In this document: positions 1-13,720 of the stretch, piece after piece
Position numbering within the stretch: position 1 is the stretch's first letter
How the letters are laid out: each line of letters opens with the position of its first letter
NCBI GenBank assembly: GCA_964016885.1
Contig: OZ024751.1
Location: 4,216,001-4,280,000 of the forward strand
Origin: Eledone cirrhosa
Lineage: Eukaryota
Direction: 5' to 3'
DNA length: 64,000 nt
Translations under genes and position numbers: made by a program
The notes under the pieces: generated by a model
What the model was told of the DNA's origin: nothing
Databases searched by the model: none
The model's input: only the letters and a program-made list of their open reading frames with translations

Positions 1-3000
1 CTCGGTCCAGTGACATTGTCTTGGAGAGGTGTAAGTGTGTGAGGTCGGAATTTATCAAGTCGTCCCAGGTTTTTCTGGGTCTGCCTACTCCGTGGCTACC
101 GTCTATTTTTATCGCCCTGCACTTTTTTATACAGCTGTCGTCTTTCATGCGTATCACGTGACTGTACCAACGTAGTCTTCTCTTTAGTAAACAACATCTG
201 ATCCCTCTTATTCTTAATTCCTCCCTTAGTTCGTTTATGCTTTGCCGTTCACGTATATTACTATTACACATCCAGCGGAGCATGCAAGCTTCGTTTCTCT
301 CCAGTCTATGTATATCTCTGCACATAATGCCCAGGTCTCACTGCCATGTAACATTGCTGTTCGTATGCAGGCATCATACAGCCTGCCTTTCATTTTTAGA
401 GAGAACACTTTAGTGACCAATATTGGTATAAGCTCTCTGAACTTTTTCCATCCCGTTCTGAATTTAGCTACTGTACTTTCAGAGCACCCTCCCCCACTGC
501 TGATTTTGTCACCCAGGTAACGGAAGCTGTCCACTATTTCTATAGAACCATCTGTGCAATGGAATGAGCTAGTATTCTGTGGGCACTTGCTGCTACTTAT
601 TGCACCAGAGCACCGGCCACATATAAAATCTATATTCTGAGTTAGCTTACCTGTGATCCCCCTACATCTTTTATGCACCCATACTTTGCATTTGGGACAT
701 AAAATGGAGTTTCTGCCTACTCCTTTCCTACACACTGAGCATGGCCATTTCCCAGATGGGACCGGTGCCCTATTTTCCTTCCTACAAACTAGAACTTTAG
801 TCTTAGACAAGTTAACTTTAAGGCCTTTTGATTCTAGGCCATGCTTCCATGTTTGGAATTTCATCTTTAGTTCCGCCATAGATTCAGCTATGTGCGTTAG
901 ATCATCTACATATAGGAGTTCCCATGGGCAGCCGGTCTTGAACTCCTCTGTTATAGCCTGAAGGGCAATAATAAATAGTAGGGGGCTAAGGATGTAGCCC
1001 TGATGAACGCCAACTTTTACGCTAAACTCTTCACTATATTCGTTGTTAATTCTAACCTTGCTGACTGTTTCTTTATACATGGCTTGTATAGCTCACACAA
1101 GCCATTCATCAACACCTAGTTTTCTAAGGGCCCACCAGATAATCGAGCGGGTACTCTGTCAAAGGCTTTCTCCAAGTCAACAAAGGCTAAATATAGGGGT
1201 TTACTTTTAGCTAGGTACTTCTCCTGTAGTTGTCGTACAATGAAGAGAGCGTCTGTTGTACTTTTACCTGACACAAACCCGAACTGCATTTCGTCGAGAT
1301 CAATTCGCTCTCTGATTAGTTGCGCTATTACTTTTTCTGTGACCTTCATAACCTGGTCAATTAATTTAATGCCTCTATAGTTTCGCCTATCTAGGGCATC
1401 ACCTTTACCCTTGTAGCAGTTAATGATGATGCTGCTGCGCCAGTCCTTCGGAACGACCCCATTCTGTATGACTTGGTTTACTATCTGAGTGACCATAGTG
1501 TGTCCCACCGTTCCAGATGCTTTCAGCATTTCAGCAACTATTTCCGAAGGCCCGGCCGCCTTGCCCGTCTTTATGTCTTTGATCGCCTTACTTATTATAC
1601 TACCTTCAACTTGCACTGCTGATCCCTCTATTGGGTCGATGTGGGGGAGACTGTCTTTCTCCCAATTATTCTCCTCATTTAGTAGCCTTTCGTAGTGACA
1701 TTTCCAAGCTCTTATCAGCATCAGTGATGGCAAGTACACCATCATCATTAAGGACACACTTCTCCCCGACAATATCACTGTTTTCCTTGACACATTGCCT
1801 AGCAATCCTGAACACCTCACGTTTTTGGTCCTCGCGTTGTAGAACATGCTTGAACTTTCTTTCCTCTGCTTCCCTTCTTGCGAAGTACACTTGGCTCCTA
1901 GCTTCCCTCCTGGCCACTTGATAGTCTTCTCTACTTCCCCCATCCCGCCATGCTTTCCAAGCCTGCCCTTTTGACCTTGATTGACCCCTCCACCTTACTG
2001 TTCCACCACCAAGTTACTCTCCTCCTGCCTATAGGTCTGCTCCAGCCACAGGTTTCATCTGTCGCCTTCAGCAGGTTAGCTTTCAGGAATTCCCACTGTT
2101 CCTCTATATTGCTCTTCCTTACTATCAAAAGCATCAAGTAATATGCTTTTAAATTTATTACTGGCTGTGGGGTCCTTTAGCTTCCATATTTTTCTTCTGA
2201 GGATAGTCCTCTTCTGCTGTCGAGTACGTCTCGTCCTGACTATGAGGTCGCTAATTATCAGTCTATGTTGGGAGGTGCATTCTTCATGGGGGAGGGATTT
2301 AGTGTTTACAACAGACACTCTGTCACGTCTCCTGGTAAGGATATAATCTACCTGGCTTGTGTGTTCCCCCGATCTATAGGTGATCAAGTGATTGTCTCGT
2401 TTTTTGAAGTTAGTGTTACAGATAGTTAGGTTATTTGCGTCACAGAATTCCAGGATTCTAGAACCTTCCTCATTTCTAGTACCAAACCCATAGCCTCCAT
2501 GGATTCCATCATAGCCATCACAATGTTGTCCAACGTGACCATTTAGGTCGCCAGCGATAACTATGTAGTCACTGTCGGTTATTTGAGCATTAACGTCTCA
2601 TAGAATCTGTCTTTTATAACGCCAGGCAGTCCGGATTGTGGTGCATATGCAGATATTATTGTCACAGTAGTTCTATTTAGAACAAGTCTTATTTTAATTA
2701 TCCTGTCGTTCACTCTATTTACGTCTATTATCTTATCTGCCCACTTTTCTGCTACCATATTCCTACTCCACCCAGCCCATTGTCATTTCCCACCCAGAAA
2801 AGCTTAAACATCGTTCTTTACCTACAATGAATCGAGCAGACCCACCCCTCCACCTGGTCTCTTGAATACAACAAACATCGACCTCCTTACGTTCAAGCAT
2901 TTCTACAACCTCGTTAGAGCGACCCTTTAAGGTGCCTACATTCATGGTACCAACTCTGAAGTTTTGGATTGCGTTTGGAGGGTGGGAGCGGGGGGCTTAT

Positions 3001-3180
3001 GATAGCCATCCGCGGCCGAAACAAGGAGGAGGAGTCCTTGCATTCTCGTCCGGCAGCATGAGGTGAATTTGTCTTTATCTTTGGCATTGTCACTGAGTAT
3101 CCAGATTTTTTCTTTTCAAACTCTCCAGAATTCCGTAGTCCATCCATCATATCGAAAGGCAACCAGGTAAGTGATAGCAT
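1..3180 (-). mobile_element. RTE-clade LINE, decayed (APE endonuclease + RT with embedded PHD finger), running off the left edge of the window
   Basis: Minus-strand ORF pieces: [19 protein letters not shown] (APE N-terminus), TYRSG..SQVDYIL..SQHRL (APE C-terminus), [28 protein letters not shown] (RT), GVHQG..LSPLLF..ELLYVDDL. Several frameshifts. The 5' boundary is approximate. Confidence 0.92.
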
Positions 3181-3522
3181 AGGCCTTATGATTGGCCCAC
3201 GTAATAATGGTGGTGTGTGGGGGCGGGTGGGAGTGATATGGGGTAGTTAGCGAGAAGGTTAAGGTTTAAATAAGATCCCCGTATTTTTGGCATAATTTAA
3301 CAAACATAAAAAATACAAGATTTGTTTTGAAAAATACGCTAGAATTATTGAATAGTTTGATCAACCTTGGTTGGGTCACCTGGATAAAGATGTATATTGT
3401 AAAATCTGAAACACCCAGTGACTACAGGATCCAACACTGATGATGTGTTTAATATTCAATAGTTATTGATGTATATAATATATATATAATATATATATAT
3501 ATATTATATATAATATATATAT

Positions 3523-3556
<34 letters not shown>

Positions 3557-3573
3557 ATATATATATATATAAT

Positions 3574-3618
<45 letters not shown>

Positions 3619-3622
3619 ATAT

Positions 3623-4551
3623 AACTTTGATAGGTTTCGGCCAGTATTGGCCCAGGCCATTTCTAACTTAATAGTACCACATAGCGAAGTCTTACAAATC
3701 AGTGTTTGGGCACCATGGCCCACTCGAGCAGAGAGTTATTGTTTACGGAGGCATATCCGGGTGTAGGAGGCTTATCTGCGATTTCTTGAAGGAATTTATC
3801 CAAAGACCTCTTGAACTTGATGGGGTCTGTCTCTGCTTTGATGTGTCATGGTGTAATGTTAAAGAGTGCAGGGCCAGTTGAGATGAAATAATTGTGCCGT
3901 ATTGTTGTTGTGGGCGGATATCACGGGGCCCAAGCCTTGGGTGAACACTAAAGGTGATGCCAACATCATTTGGGCAAAGCTGATGGAGTATTTTCCACAT
4001 CATACAGATAATGTAGTGCTCACGGTAATTGACCTTTGGGGTGCTTCAACTTTCATCATACTTTGTTTCACGTGGGGTGACCACAGTGGACAACAGTATT
4101 CAAGGAGGCGTTGGGCAAAAGTGGAGAAGAGAAGGATAACAGTGCGGATATCTCTCGACTGGAAAGTTCTAAGAATCCAGGAACACATTCTGCGGGCCAT
4201 ATCAACTTTGCTGTTTATATGAATGGCCCAGCTTATGTTGTTGTCCACAATTACTCCCAGGTCTCTGATGTTATTGGATACCACTAGAGTTTCACCTGAA
4301 GGAAGAGAGTATGGTAGTTTCAGGGCATCCTTTTTTCCAAAGTGGATTAATTCAAATTTATCCTCATTCAACAGCATATTATTCATTTCTGCCCATTGGA
4401 TAACAGCCAGTAGGTCTGACTGAAGGCAAGTCCGGTCACTCACCTCATTGATGACACTTTGAAGATTCTGATGTTGCTGTGCTTGATGATGTCAGTAATG
4501 TCAATGTAGATGATGAAAAGAAGTGGGCCCAACATAGTGCTTTGTGGGACA

Positions 4552-4552
<1 letters not shown>
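3623..4552 (-). mobile_element. CR1-like LINE 3' fragment, 5'-truncated with internal deletions
   Basis: [58 protein letters not shown]. Same family as 27088-29386. Confidence 0.88.
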
Positions 4553-4616
<64 letters not shown>

Positions 4617-5310
4617 TATGAATATATATATGTATGTATATATATATATGAATATATATATGTATGTATATATATATATGAATATATATATGTATGTATA
4701 TATATATATGAATATATATATGTATGTATATATATATATGAATATATATATGTATGTATATATATATATGAATATATATATGTATGTATATATATATATG
4801 AATATATATATGTATGTATATATATGAATATATATATGTATGTATATATATGAATATATATATGTATGTATATATATATATGAATATATATATGTATGTA
4901 TATATATATATGAATATATATATATGTATGTATATATATATATGAATATATATATATGTATGTATATATATATATGAATATATATATATGTATGTATATA
5001 TATATATGAATATATATATGTATGTATGTATATATATATTAATATATATATATGTATGTATGAATATATATATATATGAATATATATATATATGTATGTA
5101 TGAATATATATATATATGTATGTATGTATATATATATATGAATATATATATATATATGAATATATATATATATGTATGTATGTATATATGTATGTATGTA
5201 GATATGTATGTATACATATATATGTATGTATATATATATATGTATGTATATATGTATCTATGTATATATATGTATTCATATATATATATATGTATGTATA
5301 TATATATATA
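4553..5310. repeat. (TA)n/(TATG)n low-complexity tract with local ~30-bp periodicity
   Basis: Direct reading: aatatatatatgtatgtatatatatatatg repeated at 4621-4800. Confidence 0.95.
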
Positions 5311-5767
5311 AAATAATAATAATGAAATTATTGTGTAAAGTGCTGAGGTGCACTACAACTCGTCAAAGGTATAGTACATAGAATAATACACAAATGTCAG
5401 TGAAGTGAATGAGTCATGGTACACGTGTGTATGTGTATGGAAGGGGAACGTATATATATGTATGCATATATATATATGTGTATTTTTGTATGTATGTATA
5501 TGTATGCATATATATATATATGTATGCATATATATGTATGTATATGTATATATATGTATGTATATATATATGCATATATATATGTATGCATATATACATG
5601 TATGTATATGTATATATATGTATGTATATATAAATGTATGCATATATATGTATGTATATATATATGTATGCATATATATATGTATGTATATTTTTGTATA
5701 TATATATATGTATGTATGTATATTTTGTGTATATATATGTATGTATATTTTTGTGTATATATATGTG

Positions 5768-5835
<68 letters not shown>

Positions 5836-5867
5836 TATGTATGTGTATATGTATATATATATATATA

Positions 5868-6020
5868 CACTAGAAGAGGAAGACCAAGGTTAACGTATGT
5901 TGATGCCCTAAGGACAGACACTGGTCTGTTGGAGACACAAGACATGGCAGCGATAATAAGGGACAGACCGCTGGAGAGAACTCGTCCATGGATCTCGGGA
6001 ATTTTACCCGCCTTAGATAG
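5868..6020 (+). mobile_element. 3' end fragment of a second RTE-like LINE family
   Basis: Translates as [27 protein letters not shown], the typical RTE C-terminal GRP..D..R motif. Ends in tagataga. Confidence 0.6.
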
Positions 6021-6207
6021 ATATATATGTATGTATATGTATATATATGTATATATATATATATGTATATATATGTATATATATATGTATGTATATATAT
6101 GTATATATATATATGTATGTATATATATATATGTGTATATATATATATATGTCTGTATATATATGTGTGTGTATATATGTATATATATGTGTGTATATGT
6201 ATATGTG

Positions 6208-6598
6208 TGGTTAGGAACCAGATGGACCATACCGCACCAAAGTACTCAATACTTAGGGTAGTAGAGTGGGTAATAGGAACAAGTAAGACCCTGAGGCAGA
6301 GCGCAAGCTGTTTCAACGGCTAATTCTGGACTAAAGAATTTTTAGCCTGGTAAATAAATAGCCGAACTTCTCGGGGGGGTAATTCCATATATGGTAAAAT
6401 AGTGATTGCCACAAGGATTGGTCAAAAGTTTGTTGTTAAGACATACGATTCTATCATGGCATTTTGTGGAGGGTAGGGGTAGCTGAACTTGACGGTAGAA
6501 GAAAGGGAGAGGGAGTGGAGGAAATCCAGTCAAACATTGAAATTGAAATCTATACAGCAGATTCTAAGGATAGTGTATAGAAGGTCGGAAAAAAAAGT
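6208..6598 (-). mobile_element. Penelope-like terminal fragment with a degenerate hammerhead-like motif, related to 15850-16020
   Basis: Shares ggaccata..cgc..agtac..atacttagggta.taga with 15875-15917. The minus strand shows taccccc-cgagaag-cggcta...tagccg-ttGAAAcagc...ctcagggt, a decayed hammerhead layout. Confidence 0.35.
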
Positions 6599-6689
6599 GT
6601 ATATATATATATATATATGTTTATATATGTGTATATATATATATATATGTGTATGTGTATATATATATATATAATATATGTATGTATAA

Positions 6690-6736
<47 letters not shown>

Positions 6737-6766
6737 TGCATATATATATAATATATGTATGTATAA

Positions 6767-6813
<47 letters not shown>

Positions 6814-6845
6814 TGCATATATATATAATTTATGTAAATTATGTA

Positions 6846-7040
6846 AACTATATATATGTGTTTGTGTCTATATTGTATCTGTATTACTTTTGACCGTCGG
6901 TCAGTCAATGGCAACATTGAGGACCGAGTAAGTTAGATCGCAGATGTAAAAGACAGCGAGAATCGAAAACCAACCAAACAGTGAGTGTGTTCTGTTATTA
7001 ATTCTGGCAATATTACGCAAATATGACCCTCCCCAAGTAT

Positions 7041-7044
<4 letters not shown>
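6846..7044 (+). mobile_element. Solo LTR-like repeat, 5'-truncated
   Basis: Inverted homolog of 7443-7665, ending in ...atgaccctccccaagtataaca. Confidence 0.55.
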
Positions 7045-7075
<31 letters not shown>

Positions 7076-7078
<3 letters not shown>

Positions 7079-7420
7079 TCATTCATCATGATTTCATTTT
7101 ACGTCCGCTTTTTCCCTGCTTGCAAGGGTGCGACGGGAACTGATGCTGGCTTGATTTCTACAGCTGGATGCCCTTCCTAACACCAACCTCATTTACAGTG
7201 AGTGCTGGGTGCTTTTTTGCCGTGGCACCTCCACGACCACTTTGCAGTGGTATGATATGGACCCCAGTCCCTATCATCTCATTTCTACAGCTGAGTAAAC
7301 TGGAGCAATGTGAAATAAAGTGTCTTTCTCAAGGAAACAACACATCACCTGGTCTGAGAATTGAACTCACAACCTTTCGATTGCAAGGCAAATGCTCTAA
7401 CCACTAAGCTATGTGCCTCC
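7076..7420 (-). mobile_element. tRNA-derived CORE-like SINE with RTE-related 3' tail
   Basis: Minus strand: A box tagcttagtgg, B box gagttcaattc, CORE-like gtgttgtttccttgagaaagacactttatttcacattgctccagtttactcagctgta, tail ggttggtgttaggaagggcatccagctgtagaaa..(gat)n. Four near-complete copies in the window. Confidence 0.85.
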
Positions 7421-7442
7421 ATATACACATATATATATATAT

Positions 7443-7665
7443 TGTTATACTTGGGGAGGGTCATATCATTGTAATAATATTGCCTGAAATAATAACAGAA
7501 CACACTCACTGTTTGGTTGGTTTTCGCTTCTGTATCTTTTATATCTCCACAGTTAATTCATTTGGTCCTCAATGTTTACCATTGACTGACCAACGGTAAA
7601 AAATACAGATATAATATAGATATAAACACATATATATAGTCTAACAAAGTTCTTTCGTTGCAACA
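7443..7665 (-). mobile_element. Solo LTR-like repeat (TGT...ACA termini)
   Basis: Begins tgttatacttggggagggtcat and ends aaagttctttcgttgcaaca. Both termini are shared with 7954-8109. Confidence 0.55.
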
Positions 7666-7731
7666 CCATCAGTGGTACTATTATGTTTCCTACTGTTGTA
7701 TTGCATGTCTACAATATTTTTATTTTATCTG

Positions 7732-7775
<44 letters not shown>

Positions 7776-7953
7776 AAGAATTATGAGTTCATGCAATTAA
7801 CTTACGTTTTCGTCACTATATATATGTATGTATATATATATATATATGTGTATATATATATATGTATATGTATATATATATATGTATATATATATGTATA
7901 TGTCTATATATGTGTATATATATGTGTATGTATATATATATATATATATATAT

Positions 7954-8109
7954 TGTTATACTTTGGGAGGGTCATGTTGCCAATAAGAAACACACGCACC
8001 AGTTGCTTTCACTCCAATTTATTATAAATTAAATTTATAAATTTCCGGTTGGTTGGTTGGTTCCATAACTGAACGGTTGTTCATATATTGTCAAAGTTCT
8101 TTCGTCACA
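7954..8109 (-). mobile_element. Short solo LTR-like repeat, related subfamily
   Basis: tgttatactttgggagggtcat...caaagttctttcgtcaca, with AATAAA on the minus strand. Confidence 0.5.
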
Positions 8110-8193
8110 CATTCTGTGACCTCTTCATGTGCGTATGTATATATGTGTATATATATATATATGTGTGTGTGTATATATATGTATATGTATATA

Positions 8194-8249
<56 letters not shown>

Positions 8250-8290
8250 TGTGTAAGAAGAAATTAAAAGATGGTTAAAAAAGTTCCATG

Positions 8291-8361
8291 TATTTTATTA
8301 TGCGCATTTCAAAAACAAATATTATCCTGGGACAATATTTGCGTTCTCATCAGATAAAATA
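8291..8361 (-). ncRNA. Type I hammerhead ribozyme in a Penelope-like terminal fragment (8255-8452)
   Basis: Minus strand: tattttat-CTGATGA-gaacgcaaatattgtcccaggataatatttgttttt-GAAA-tgcgca-TA-ataaaata. 8-bp stem I, long stem II, palindromic stem III. Confidence 0.75.
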
Positions 8362-8461
8362 GGGAGACATGATATGATGCCTAAAAAAACACTTGTGGAC
8401 AAGGTAGTGTTTAGTCAACATATGATAAATAAATTTAAAAGGATATAGAAGATTGTGTATG

Positions 8462-8497
<36 letters not shown>

Positions 8498-8503
8498 TAT
8501 ATA

Positions 8504-8555
8504 AGGGCGGTGCCCCAGCATGGCCTCAGCCGGATGGCTGAAACAGGTAAAAGAG
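8504..8555 (+). mobile_element. Short SINE/LINE 3' tail fragment
   Basis: ggcggtgccccagcatggcc...ggctgaaacaggtaaaaga island in a (TA)n tract. Resembles cephalopod SINE tails (from memory). Confidence 0.4.
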
Positions 8556-8784
8556 TATGTATATATATATGTGTCTATATATATATGTATGTGTGTGTAT
8601 ATATAAATATATATATATGTATATATATATATGTATATATATATTTATGTATATATATATATGTGTATTTATATGTATATATATGTGTGTGTATATATAT
8701 ATATACATACATATACATATACATACACATATATATATACATATACATACATACATATATATATACATATATATATACATACAT

Positions 8785-11700
8785 ATCATCATCATCATCA
8801 TCATCATCAACGTTTAACGTCCGTGTTCCACGCTTGCATGGGTTTGGACGGGGGGTTTTCCCACTTGAGGCAAGAGTGATTGTCTTGCTCACATAGGACT
8901 GTCTGGCAGGTTTTCTACAGTTGGATGCCCTTCCTAACACCAACCACATTTACAGTGTGGGTCTGGGAGGTTTTTACCGTGTTGCCTACACGGCCACATT
9001 ACAACGTGGACTGTGTGTTTTTTTTGTCGTGACACCTACACGATCTCATTTGTTTCAGCCTGGATGGTGTGGCACCAACATAACTTTACATAGAAGGGGG
9101 TGGTGTGGATGGGGTGGGGGTCGTGGGACGGGGGTGTATTTTGTTAGAGATGCCTACTGACTGTAGTAGGTTTTACTATGTATTTAGGTAAGGCGGGTCT
9201 TCTCTATTACTGAGTACCGCCAAAGGTCTCGGTCCAGTGACATTGTCTTGGTGAGGTGTAAGTGTGTGAGGTCGGAGTTTATCAGCTCGTCCCAGGTTTT
9301 TCTAGGTCTGCCTATTCCGTGGCTACCGTCTATCTTTATTGCCCTGCACTTTGTTATACAGCTATCGACTTTCATGCGCATCACGTGTCCATACCAATGT
9401 AGCCTTCTCTCGAGTAAACAACATCTGATCCCTCTTATTTCTAATTTTTTCCTTAGTTCGTTTATGCTTTGCCGTTCACGTATATTACTATTACACATCC
9501 AGCGGAGCATGCAAGCTTCGTTCCTCTCTAGTCTGCATATATCCTCTCCACACAATGCCCAGGTCTCACTGCCATGCAACATTGCTGTTCGTATGCAGGC
9601 ATCATACAACCTGCCTTTCATTTTTAAGGAGAACCCTTTAGCGGCTAATAGTGGTATAAGCTCTCTGAACTTTTTCCATCCAGTTCTGACTCTAGCTACT
9701 GGACTTTCAGAGCACCCTCCCCCACTGCTGATTTTGTCACCCAGGTAACGGAAGCTGTCCACTATTTCTATAGAGCCCTCTGCGCAGTTGTAAGAGCTAG
9801 TATTTTGTGGGCACTTGCTGCTAGTTATTGCACCAGAGTACCGGCCACATGTAAAATCTATGTTCTTAGTTAGCTTACCTGTGATCCCGCTACATCTTTT
9901 ATGCACCCATACTTTGCATTTGGGACATAAAATGGAGTTTCTACCTACGCCTTTCCTACACACTGAGCATGGCCATTTCCCGGAAGGGACCGCCGCCTTA
10001 TTTTCTTTCCTACAAACTAGAACTTTAGTCTTAGCCAGGTTAATTTTAAGGCCTTTTGATTCTAGGCCGTGCTTCCATGTTTGGAATTTCTTCTCTAGCT
10101 CGGCCATTGATTCAGCTATGAGTGTTAGGTCGTCTGCGTATAGGAGTTCCCATGGGCAGCCTGTCTTGAACTCCTCTGTTATAGCCTGAAGGGCAATAAT
10201 AAATAGTAGCGGGCTGAGAACAGAGCCCTGACGGACGCCAACTTTTACGCTAAACTCTTCACTATATTCGTTGTTAATTCTAACCTTGCTGACTGTTTCT
10301 TTATACATGGCTTGTATAGCTCACACAAGCCATTCGTCGACACCTAGTTTTCTAAGGGCCCACCAGATAATGGAATGGGGGACTCTGTCGAAGGCTTTCT
10401 CCAAGTCGACAAAAGCTAAGTAGAGGGATTTACCTTTAGCTAGGTACTTCTCCTGTAGTTGTCGTACAATGAAAAGAGCGTCTGTGGTACTTTTGCCTGA
10501 CACAAACCCGAACTGCATTTCATTTAGGTCAATTCTCTCTCTGATTAGTTGCGCTATTACTTTTTCCGTGACCTTCATGACCTGGTCGATTAATTTAATG
10601 CCTCTATAGTTACTCCTATCTAGGGCATCTCCTTTACCCTTATAACAGTTAACGATGATGCTGCTATGCCAGTCCTTCGGAACAACCCCATTCTGTACGA
10701 CTTGGTTAACTATCCGGGTGACCATGGTGTGTCCCACCGTGCGAGATGCCTTCAGCATCTCAGCAACTATTTCCGAAGGCCTAGCCGCCTTACCCGTCTT
10801 CATATCCTTGATTGCCTTACTTATTATACTACCCCCGACTAACACTGCTGGTCCCTCTATTGGGTCGATGTGGGGGAGACTGTCTTTCTCCCATTTATTC
10901 TCCTCATTTAGTTGCCTTTCATAGTGACACTTCCAAGCTACCTTCTTATCAGCGTCGGTGATGGCAAGTATGCCGTCATCATTAAGTACACACTTCTCCC
11001 CGACAATATCACGGTTTTCCTTGACACATTGCCTAGCAATCCTGAACACCTCACGTTTTTGGTCCTCGCGTTGTAGAACATGCTTGAACTTTCTTTCCTC
11101 TGCTTCCCTTCTTGCGAAGTTCACTTGTCTCCTAGCTTCCCTCCTGGCCACTTGATAGTCTTCTCTACTTCCCCCATCCCGCCGTGCTTTCCAAGCCTGC
11201 TTTTTGGCCTTAATTGACCCCTCCACCTTACTGTTCCACCACCATGTTACACTCCTCCTGCCTACAGGCCTGCTCCAGCCACAGACTTCGTCTGCCGCCA
11301 TCAGCAGGTTTGCTTTCAGAAATTCCCACTGTCCCTCTATATTGTCCGACTCTAAATGCTCTTCCTTACTGTCGAAAGCATCAAGTAATATGCTTTGAAA
11401 TTTATTTCTGGCTGTGGGGTCCTTTAGCTTCCATATTTTTCTCCTGAGGATAGTCCTCTTCTGCTGTCGAGTACGTCTCGTCCTGACTATGAGGTCGCTA
11501 ATTATCAGTCTATGTTGGGAGGTGCATTCTTCATGGGGGAGGGATTTAGTGTTTACAACAGACACTCTGTCACGTCTTCTGGTAAGGATATAATCTACCT
11601 GGCTTGTGTGTTCCCCGGATCTATAGGTGATCAGGTGATTGTCACGTTTTTTGAAGTTAGTGTTACAGATAGTTAGGTTATTTGCATCACAGAATTCCAG

Positions 11701-12133
11701 GATTCTGGAGCCTTCCTTATTTCTAGTACCAAACCCATAGCCTCCATGGATTTCGTTGTAGCCGTCACAATGTTGTCCAACGTGACCATTTAGGTCGCCT
11801 GCAATAATTATATAGTCACTGTCGGTTATTTGGGAGGTAGTGAGCATCAGTGTCTCATAGAATCTGTCTTTTATAGTGCCGGGCAGTCCGGATTGGGGTG
11901 CGTACGCAGATATTACTGTCACCGTAGTTCTATTGAGGACAAGTCTTATTTTAATTATTCTGTCGTTCACTCTATTTACATCTATTATCTTATCTGTCCA
12001 CTTTTCTGCTACCATGATTCCTACTCCACCCAGCCCATCGTCGTTTCCCACCCAGAAAAGCTTAAACAATGAATCTAGCAGACCCACCCCTCCACCTGGT
12101 CTCTTGAATACAACAAACATCGACCTCCTTACA
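8785..12133 (-). mobile_element. RTE-clade LINE, near full length, slightly 5'-truncated; ORF open for ~2.9 kb apart from one in-frame TGA
   Basis: APE ([24 protein letters not shown]), RT ([33 protein letters not shown]), C-terminus RRLHWYGHVMRM..GRPRKTW, 3' UTR and (GAT)n tail at 8785-8808. Confidence 0.95.
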
Positions 12134-12153
12134 TACATACATATATACATACA

Positions 12154-12188
<35 letters not shown>

Positions 12189-12206
12189 GTACATATATAT
12201 ATAAAC

Positions 12207-12243
<37 letters not shown>

Positions 12244-12497
12244 CATATATATATACATATATACATATATACATATATACATACATATACACACACATAT
12301 ATATACATATATATACATACATACATATATACATACACATATATATACATACATATATATACATATATATACATACATATGTATACATATATACATACAC
12401 ATATATACATATATACATACGTATATATATATATATATACATATATATACATACACATATATACATACATATACATATATATATATATATTTATATA

Positions 12498-13345
12498 CAG
12501 GGTGCGGACAAAATTTGTTCACAAGATTACTGTCTAGGAAAAAATAACACAGTTATTTAAGATATATTTATCAAACTTTGGTCAGTTTATCGTCATGACT
12601 TGTTCTTTCGATCTCACTCGATAAACCCGCCATTGGCTTTGATGACGGCCTCAAGGCGGCCTAGGAACCAGCTACAGGCCTTTGTCACTGTCCCACCCTA
12701 AAGGCACTTGTGATCCTGGCCTTCAGATCGTCTTTCGTATTGCAGCTAGATCTGTTGGTGTCTCGTTCCACTGCGCCCCACACAAAGAAGTTGAGGGGGT
12801 TGCAGTCAGGCGAGTTGGGAGGCCAGATGTCAGGTGAAGTGTGGTCGACGAAGTTCTCTGACAACCAGGCTTGGGTCTTTTGGCTGGTATGGCAGGGCGC
12901 TGAGTCTTGCTGCCACACGTACGGCTTACCTGCAGCTACCTGGTCGATCCAGGGCTTTACTACCTCGCTCAGAACGCGGATGTAGCCATCGGTGTTCAGC
13001 TTGAGACCCTCAAGGAAGAAGTGAGGTGGCATGACGTCACCTAAGACCAATGTTGTCGCTGGAAACTTTGTCTGCATGACTCTGGGCACGTTTTTGGATG
13101 AGACAGCGAGCTACCTGTTGTTCTGGGGGTTGATCATCTGGTCTTATTTGTCCTCCCGGCGCGGATTCCAAGAAGAACTCTTCTACAAATTTGGAGGTTC
13201 AAAATTATTCATAATCAATTATTCTGAAAATAAATAATGGAAATATAGTCACTGTTTTTATGAAGACAAGAGTGACAACGGAAGTAAAAAAAATTTGCAT
13301 AAATTTAACAGTTGAAAATTGCGAACAAATATCGTCCGCACCCTG
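12498..13345 (-). mobile_element. Internally deleted Tc1/mariner-superfamily DNA transposon, DD37D (maT) type
   Basis: TIRs cagggtgcggacaaaatttgttc / gaacaaatatcgtccgcaccctg flanked by TA. ORF 12685-13089: WQQDSAPCH..WPPNSPDCNPLN, with 37 residues between the second D and the third catalytic position (here mutated to N). Confidence 0.88.
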
Positions 13346-13370
13346 TACATATGTATATATACGTGTATTT

Positions 13371-13720
13371 ATCATCATCATCATCATCATCATCATTTCA
13401 TTTTACGTCTACTTTTTCCCTGCTTGCAAGGGTGGGATGGGAACTGATACTGGCTTGATTTCTACAGCTGGATGCCCTTCCTAACACCAACCTCATTTAC
13501 AGTGAGTGCTGGGTGCTTTTTTGCCGTGGCACCTTCACGACCACTTTGCAGTGGAATGATAGGGACCCCAGTCCTATCATCTCATTTCTACAGCTGAGTA
13601 AACTGGAGCAATGTGAAATAAAGTGTCTTGCTCAAGGAAACAACACATCACCCGGTCTGAGAATTGAACTCACAACCTTTTGATTGCAAGGGCAATGCTC
13701 TAACCACTAAGCCATGTGCC
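13371..13720 (-). mobile_element. tRNA-derived CORE-like SINE (copy 2)
   Basis: Co-linear with 7076-7420. Confidence 0.85.

Noticed and set aside
3405-3470. GAAAC...CTGATGA as a type II hammerhead
   Set aside because: There is no valid NUH triplet or stem I, and no GAAA downstream of CTGATGA.
7330-7420. tRNA gene
   Set aside because: The A/B boxes belong to a SINE head, repeated four times with the same body, and the cloverleaf is incomplete.
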